This document shows, piece by piece, positions 7,958 through 11,024 of a stretch of 11,024 nucleotides of DNA. The translations under genes were made by a program, and so were the position numbers. The notes under the pieces were generated by a model, which saw nothing but the letters and a program-made list of their open reading frames with translations, did not search any database and was not told the DNA's origin. The stretch is from Gemmatimonadales bacterium. GTDB taxonomy: Bacteria > Gemmatimonadota > Gemmatimonadetes > Gemmatimonadales > GWC2-71-9. Location of the stretch: NCBI GenBank assembly GCA_041613315.1, contig JBFJHJ010000049.1:1-11024 (forward strand), in the 5' to 3' direction. Position 1 is the stretch's first letter; each line of letters opens with the position of its first letter.

Positions 7958-8856
7958 TCACCGTCCGCGTTCCGGCCTCGACGTCCAATCTCGGCGCGGG
8001 GTTCGACTGCGTGGGGCTCGCCCTGGATCTCTGGCTCGAGGCGCGGCTGGTCGCGGGCAAAGGCGCGCCGCGCTATACCGGCACGCTCGACAAGCTGCGG
8101 CCGGACCGGGACATCATCCGGAGCATCCTGGGCGACGCACTGCCGTCCGATCTCCGATTGGAGGTGCGTTCCGATATTCCGGTGAGTCGCGGCCTGGGGG
8201 CGTCGGCCGCCGCCGCCGTCGCGGCGATCGCTCTTCGGGAGCTGATCGCCGGCCGCCCGCCCGAGCCGAACGCGGTGTTCCGCGAAGCGGCGGAGCGCGA
8301 GGGACATCCCGACAACGCGGCGCCCGCGGTCTTGGGTGGCCTCGTCCTCGCCGCGTCCCGCCCCACGCGGCTCCCGTTCCACGCGGCACTCGGCGTGGCG
8401 CTCGCGCTCCCCGAGCGCACGGTGGACACGCGGGAAGCCCGCGCCATCCTGCCGACGGCCGTCCCGCGAGAGACGGCGATCGCGCAAGCCGGCCGCGCGG
8501 CGGCGCTGGTGTTGGGACTCGTGCAGGGGGACGGTGAGCTCATCGCCCACGGCATGGACGACCGGCTCGCCGTACCGCATCGGAAACAGCTCATCCCGGG
8601 CTACGACGCGGCGGTCGCGGCGGGCCTCGCCGCGGGCGCCTACGGCGTCACCATCTCGGGATCGGGATCGGCGCTGGTGGCTGTGGCCTTGCACGAGCGC
8701 GCCGCTACCGCTGCAGCCGCGATGGCGGAGGCGCTTTCGGCCGTCGGCAACGCCGCGGCGCCGCTCACGCCCGCCGTCGCGCAGCAGGGGTTGACCGTGG
8801 CGAGCGACCGCGGCGGCGGCCCGGCACGGAAACGCCGGCGCGCCCCGAAACGGTAG
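7954..8856 (+). CDS. thrB: Homoserine kinase (GHMP family, 300 aa)
   Basis: GTG 7954 overlaps the thrC TGA (GTGA). VRVPASTSNLGAGFDCVGLAL, IPVSRGLGASAAA, EGHPDNAAPAVLGG, TREARAILP and ISGSGS. Confidence 0.95.
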   Translation: MITVRVPASTSNLGAGFDCVGLALDLWLEARLVAGKGAPRYTGTLDKLRPDRDIIRSILGDALPSDLRLEVRSDIPVSRGLGASAAAAVAAIALRELIAGRPPEPNAVFREAAEREGHPDNAAPAVLGGLVLAASRPTRLPFHAALGVALALPERTVDTREARAILPTAVPRETAIAQAGRAAALVLGLVQGDGELIAHGMDDRLAVPHRKQLIPGYDAAVAAGLAAGAYGVTISGSGSALVAVALHERAATAAAAMAEALSAVGNAAAPLTPAVAQQGLTVASDRGGGPARKRRRAPKR

Positions 8857-8913
8857 CGGCCGCGATGCGGCCCTCGCTGGCGCCGCACGCCGATCGCAAA
8901 CTCGGAAGCTGAA

Positions 8914-9036
8914 ACGGTCGGCAACCTACGGTCGGCAATCCGTCGCCCGCTCTCGTTCGCCGACATCCGTCGTAAGACCCATGACCATGCGTGTGATCCG
9001 GCGGGCCACGGTTTGGCGCCTTCGGATTGCCGATCG
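8914..9036. repeat. 11-bp direct repeat plus 14-bp inverted repeat between convergent genes
   Basis: ACGGTCGGCAA at 8914-8924 and 8928-8938. CGGTCGGCAATCCG (8929-8942) and CGGATTGCCGATCG (9023-9036) are reverse complements at 13/14. Confidence 0.7.
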
Positions 9037-9086
9037 CGGATTGGGGAGTTGCGGAGTGCGGGTTGCGGGGTTCGGACGACGGATCA
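9023..9086. repeat. Degenerate heptamer tandem array (~9 units, consensus CGGATTG)
   Basis: cggattg ccgatcg cggattg gggagttg cggagtg cgggttg cggggtt cggacga cggatca. The last unit contains the DinB-family stop codon. Confidence 0.75.
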
Positions 9087-9602
9087 GGACCGTTTCTGCA
9101 CCCATTCGAGCCGCCGCCGGATCTGTCCGGCGTGATGGCGGCAGTGGAGGTAGTGGAACCGCACCCACTCGGGGAAGTTGAGGTCGCCCAGCAGCGGGTG
9201 GCGCACGTAGAGGGACACCTGCCGGTCACGGGGCCAGTTGTCCGCGAGCCCTTTCAGATTCTGCACCCCCATCCGGAACTCGGCGGTCACGAGGTCGGGC
9301 TCGGGTTTCGGCTCAGGCTTGGTGAGCTCGGGCGCTTTCAGGCCGCCGGGGATGCGGCCCACCCCCAGCACGAGATGCCGGAGCACCGTCTGGTACGGCT
9401 TGGAGCGGCGTTGCATCGCCGGCTTGTCGGCCCGCTGCTCGAACGCCACGGCGACCAAGTCCACGCCGATCGCCAGGTGCTGGAGGATCTGCGCGATGCA
9501 CCACTTCCTCCGGGGCGCGCGATGCCAGGTGGTGCCATTCACCCCGTGGAGCGGGTGCAGCACCATCGGCTCGAGCCGGGAGAGCTGACGTTGGACCTTC
9601 AT
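9084..9602 (-). CDS. DinB/YfiT-family putative metalloprotein
   Basis: WHRAPRRKWCIAQILQHLA and HPLLGDLNFPEWVRFHYLHCRHHAGQI give the typical His ligands. ATG 9602 is preferred; GTG 9638 is an alternative. Confidence 0.85.
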   Translation of the reverse strand: MKVQRQLSRLEPMVLHPLHGVNGTTWHRAPRRKWCIAQILQHLAIGVDLVAVAFEQRADKPAMQRRSKPYQTVLRHLVLGVGRIPGGLKAPELTKPEPKPEPDLVTAEFRMGVQNLKGLADNWPRDRQVSLYVRHPLLGDLNFPEWVRFHYLHCRHHAGQIRRRLEWVQKRS

Positions 9603-9743
9603 CGGCGGGCGGGATGCGTCTCGGTCATTGTGGAGCACCCTGTCATCGGCGGTCCCTTCCCTGTCCAGGTTGGACCGGTGGGCTGCGCGTCGCTGACGGC
9701 CGATGACGCCATGAGGAAGGGATAACCAGGAAACAACGGCGTT

Positions 9744-10184
9744 TCAACTCCCCGCCAGCGCGATGCACTCGATTTCCACCTTCGCCCCCAGGGCGAGCCC
9801 GCTGCCCGCGACGGTGGACCGGGCCGGCGGGTCCGTGGGGAAGAACGTCGCGTACACCTGGTTCATCGCCTGGTAATCGTTGATGTCGACCAGAAACACG
9901 GTGCACTTGACCACCCGCTCCATCGAGCTGCCCACCCGCTCGAGCGTGGCACGGATGTTCTCCAGCGTCTGGCGCGTCTGTCCCGCGATGCCGCCGGGCG
10001 CCAAGTCCCGGCTGTCCGGGACCGTGCCTATCTGGCCGGAGAGGTACAGCATGTTGCCGACCCGGACCGCGGCCGAGAACGGCAGCCCCTGGAGCGCGGA
10101 CGGAACCGGGATGGCTTCCTTCTCTTGCGCCTGTGCCGGCAGGGCCAGCACCAGAAAGATCGAGATCAGTGCCACGACTCGCAT
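9744..10184 (-). CDS. RidA/YjgF/UK114-family protein with N-terminal signal peptide (146 aa)
   Basis: PFSAAVRVGNMLYLSGQIG, QTLENI, VVKCTVFL, MNQVYATFF, PARSTV and KVEIECIA. GGAG SD precedes ATG 10184, and MRVVALISIFLVLALPAQA is a Sec-type signal. An alternative ATG at 10253 overlaps the upstream stop. Confidence 0.92.
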   Translation of the reverse strand: MRVVALISIFLVLALPAQAQEKEAIPVPSALQGLPFSAAVRVGNMLYLSGQIGTVPDSRDLAPGGIAGQTRQTLENIRATLERVGSSMERVVKCTVFLVDINDYQAMNQVYATFFPTDPPARSTVAGSGLALGAKVEIECIALAGS

Positions 10185-10249
10185 GGGCCTGCTCCGAGTG
10201 TGAGTGTCCGCGGCCCGCCATCCGGACCGGTCCTGCTCGTGTCGTTTGC

Positions 10250-10504
10250 TCATTGGGCCTCGTCGATCGCCTCGACCATCGCGTCATACAGCTTCGACGT
10301 GTCCGACATCTCGCCCGTGTCCGGGTCGGCGACGATGTACCACTGGCACATCTCCGTCATCGCGATCGCCTCATCGTCGCTCAGCGTCACGAGGTACGCG
10401 TCCCCGTCCTTCGTGGCCTTCGCCACCCGCGCCCGGAGGGTGTCGGGGATCTCTCGCGTGGACCGGAGGGCGTCGAGCATCGGAGCCGTGAGCCTGACTT
10501 GCAT
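10250..10504 (-). CDS. Small acidic hypothetical protein (84 aa)
   Basis: AGGAG/GAGG upstream of the ATG, GC3-biased codons and globular-protein composition. It fits between co-oriented genes, but no family was recognised. Confidence 0.8.
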   Translation of the reverse strand: MQVRLTAPMLDALRSTREIPDTLRARVAKATKDGDAYLVTLSDDEAIAMTEMCQWYIVADPDTGEMSDTSKLYDAMVEAIDEAQ

Positions 10505-10534
10505 GCCTCAGTCTCCTGCCGCCGTCGGTGGTCT

Positions 10535-10590
10535 GCAATCAGCAATCCGGGGGGTGACCGCGGGTCGGCCGGACCGCGGACCGCTGACCG
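10535..10590. repeat. Degenerate heptamer repeats
   Basis: GCAATCA GCAATCC (10535-10548) and CGGACCG CGGACCG CTGACCG (10570-10590). Confidence 0.6.
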
Positions 10591-10602
10591 GGGGATGCGG
10601 CA

Positions 10603-11024
10603 TCAGCACGCACACCCTTGCCGCACCCCCGTCACGACGATCTTCCACCCGCCGCCCGTCTTCAGGAAGACCCGGTCCGACCAGCCGCGCGAGGTTTCGC
10701 CGGCCTGCACGACGGTGTAGGAGTAGGCGCCCCACACCACACCCGGGGCGATCCAGACCAGCGTCGGCTGGCCGGCCATGAGCGTGTCCGGCCAGTCGCG
10801 GCTCGCCCGCCGCGCCTGCGCGAAGATCATGAACCCCCGCGTGAGCGAGTCGGCCGACGCCACGGTAAACTGGGGCGAGTCGAGGTAGTGGGACAAGTAG
10901 GCCTCCGTATCGCGACGGTGGATCGCCGCGATGTTGCCTTGGAAGGCGGCGAGCGCGCCCTCGAGATCGCTCTGCCGGATACCCTCGACGTCCGGCTGGA
11001 TACAGGCGGCGAGCGCGAGCGTGA
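10603..11024 (-). CDS. NTF2/SnoaL-like (DUF4440-type) lipoprotein, 5'-partial
   Basis: The frame is open to the right edge: ...TLALAACIQPDVEGIRQSDLEGALAAFQGNIAAIHRRDTEAYLSHY...VFLKTGGGWKIV. It has an LAAC lipobox, and the GWKI C-terminal strand is typical of the NTF2-like fold. Confidence 0.75.
   Translation of the reverse strand, partial: TLALAACIQPDVEGIRQSDLEGALAAFQGNIAAIHRRDTEAYLSHYLDSPQFTVASADSLTRGFMIFAQARRASRDWPDTLMAGQPTLVWIAPGVVWGAYSYTVVQAGETSRGWSDRVFLKTGGGWKIVVTGVRQGCAC

Noticed and set aside
8858..8872. GGCCGC-GAT-GCGGCC hairpin after thrB as an intrinsic terminator
   Set aside because: There is no U-tract, and short GC stems are common at this composition.
8854..9083. Readthrough of the thrB TAG as support for genome-wide amber reassignment
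   Set aside because: The kinase domain is complete before the TAG, and the downstream frame runs through repeats into the antisense DinB gene with non-coding-like codons.
8900..9090. Repeats as a CRISPR array or IS end
   Set aside because: Units are 7-14 nt without unique spacers, and there is no cas gene or transposase in the window.

Overview
GC-rich, diderm bacterial DNA. Gene style suggests Gemmatimonadota, but that is inference only. The + strand carries the 3' end of an unidentified membrane-protein gene, then a tightly overlapped envelope-stress/export locus: ECF sigma factor, single-TM putative anti-sigma, Spy/CpxP/CnrX-like periplasmic helical protein, TolC-family channel, ABC ATPase, MacA-like adaptor and MacB-like permease. 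A structured ~160-nt spacer follows, then thrC-thrB. The - strand carries an NTF2/SnoaL-like lipoprotein (5' end outside the window), an 84-aa acidic hypothetical protein, a RidA-family protein with a signal peptide and a DinB/YfiT-family protein. The main anomaly is a single in-frame TAG (3641-3643) in the otherwise intact ABC ATPase, before the H-loop, with the frame continuing to a TGA that overlaps the next start. Other points of note are two ECF-type promoter motifs, a rod-like ncRNA candidate upstream of thrC, degenerate CGGA-core heptamer arrays in three intergenic regions, and an apparently exported RidA. No tRNA, rRNA, CRISPR array or transposase was seen.
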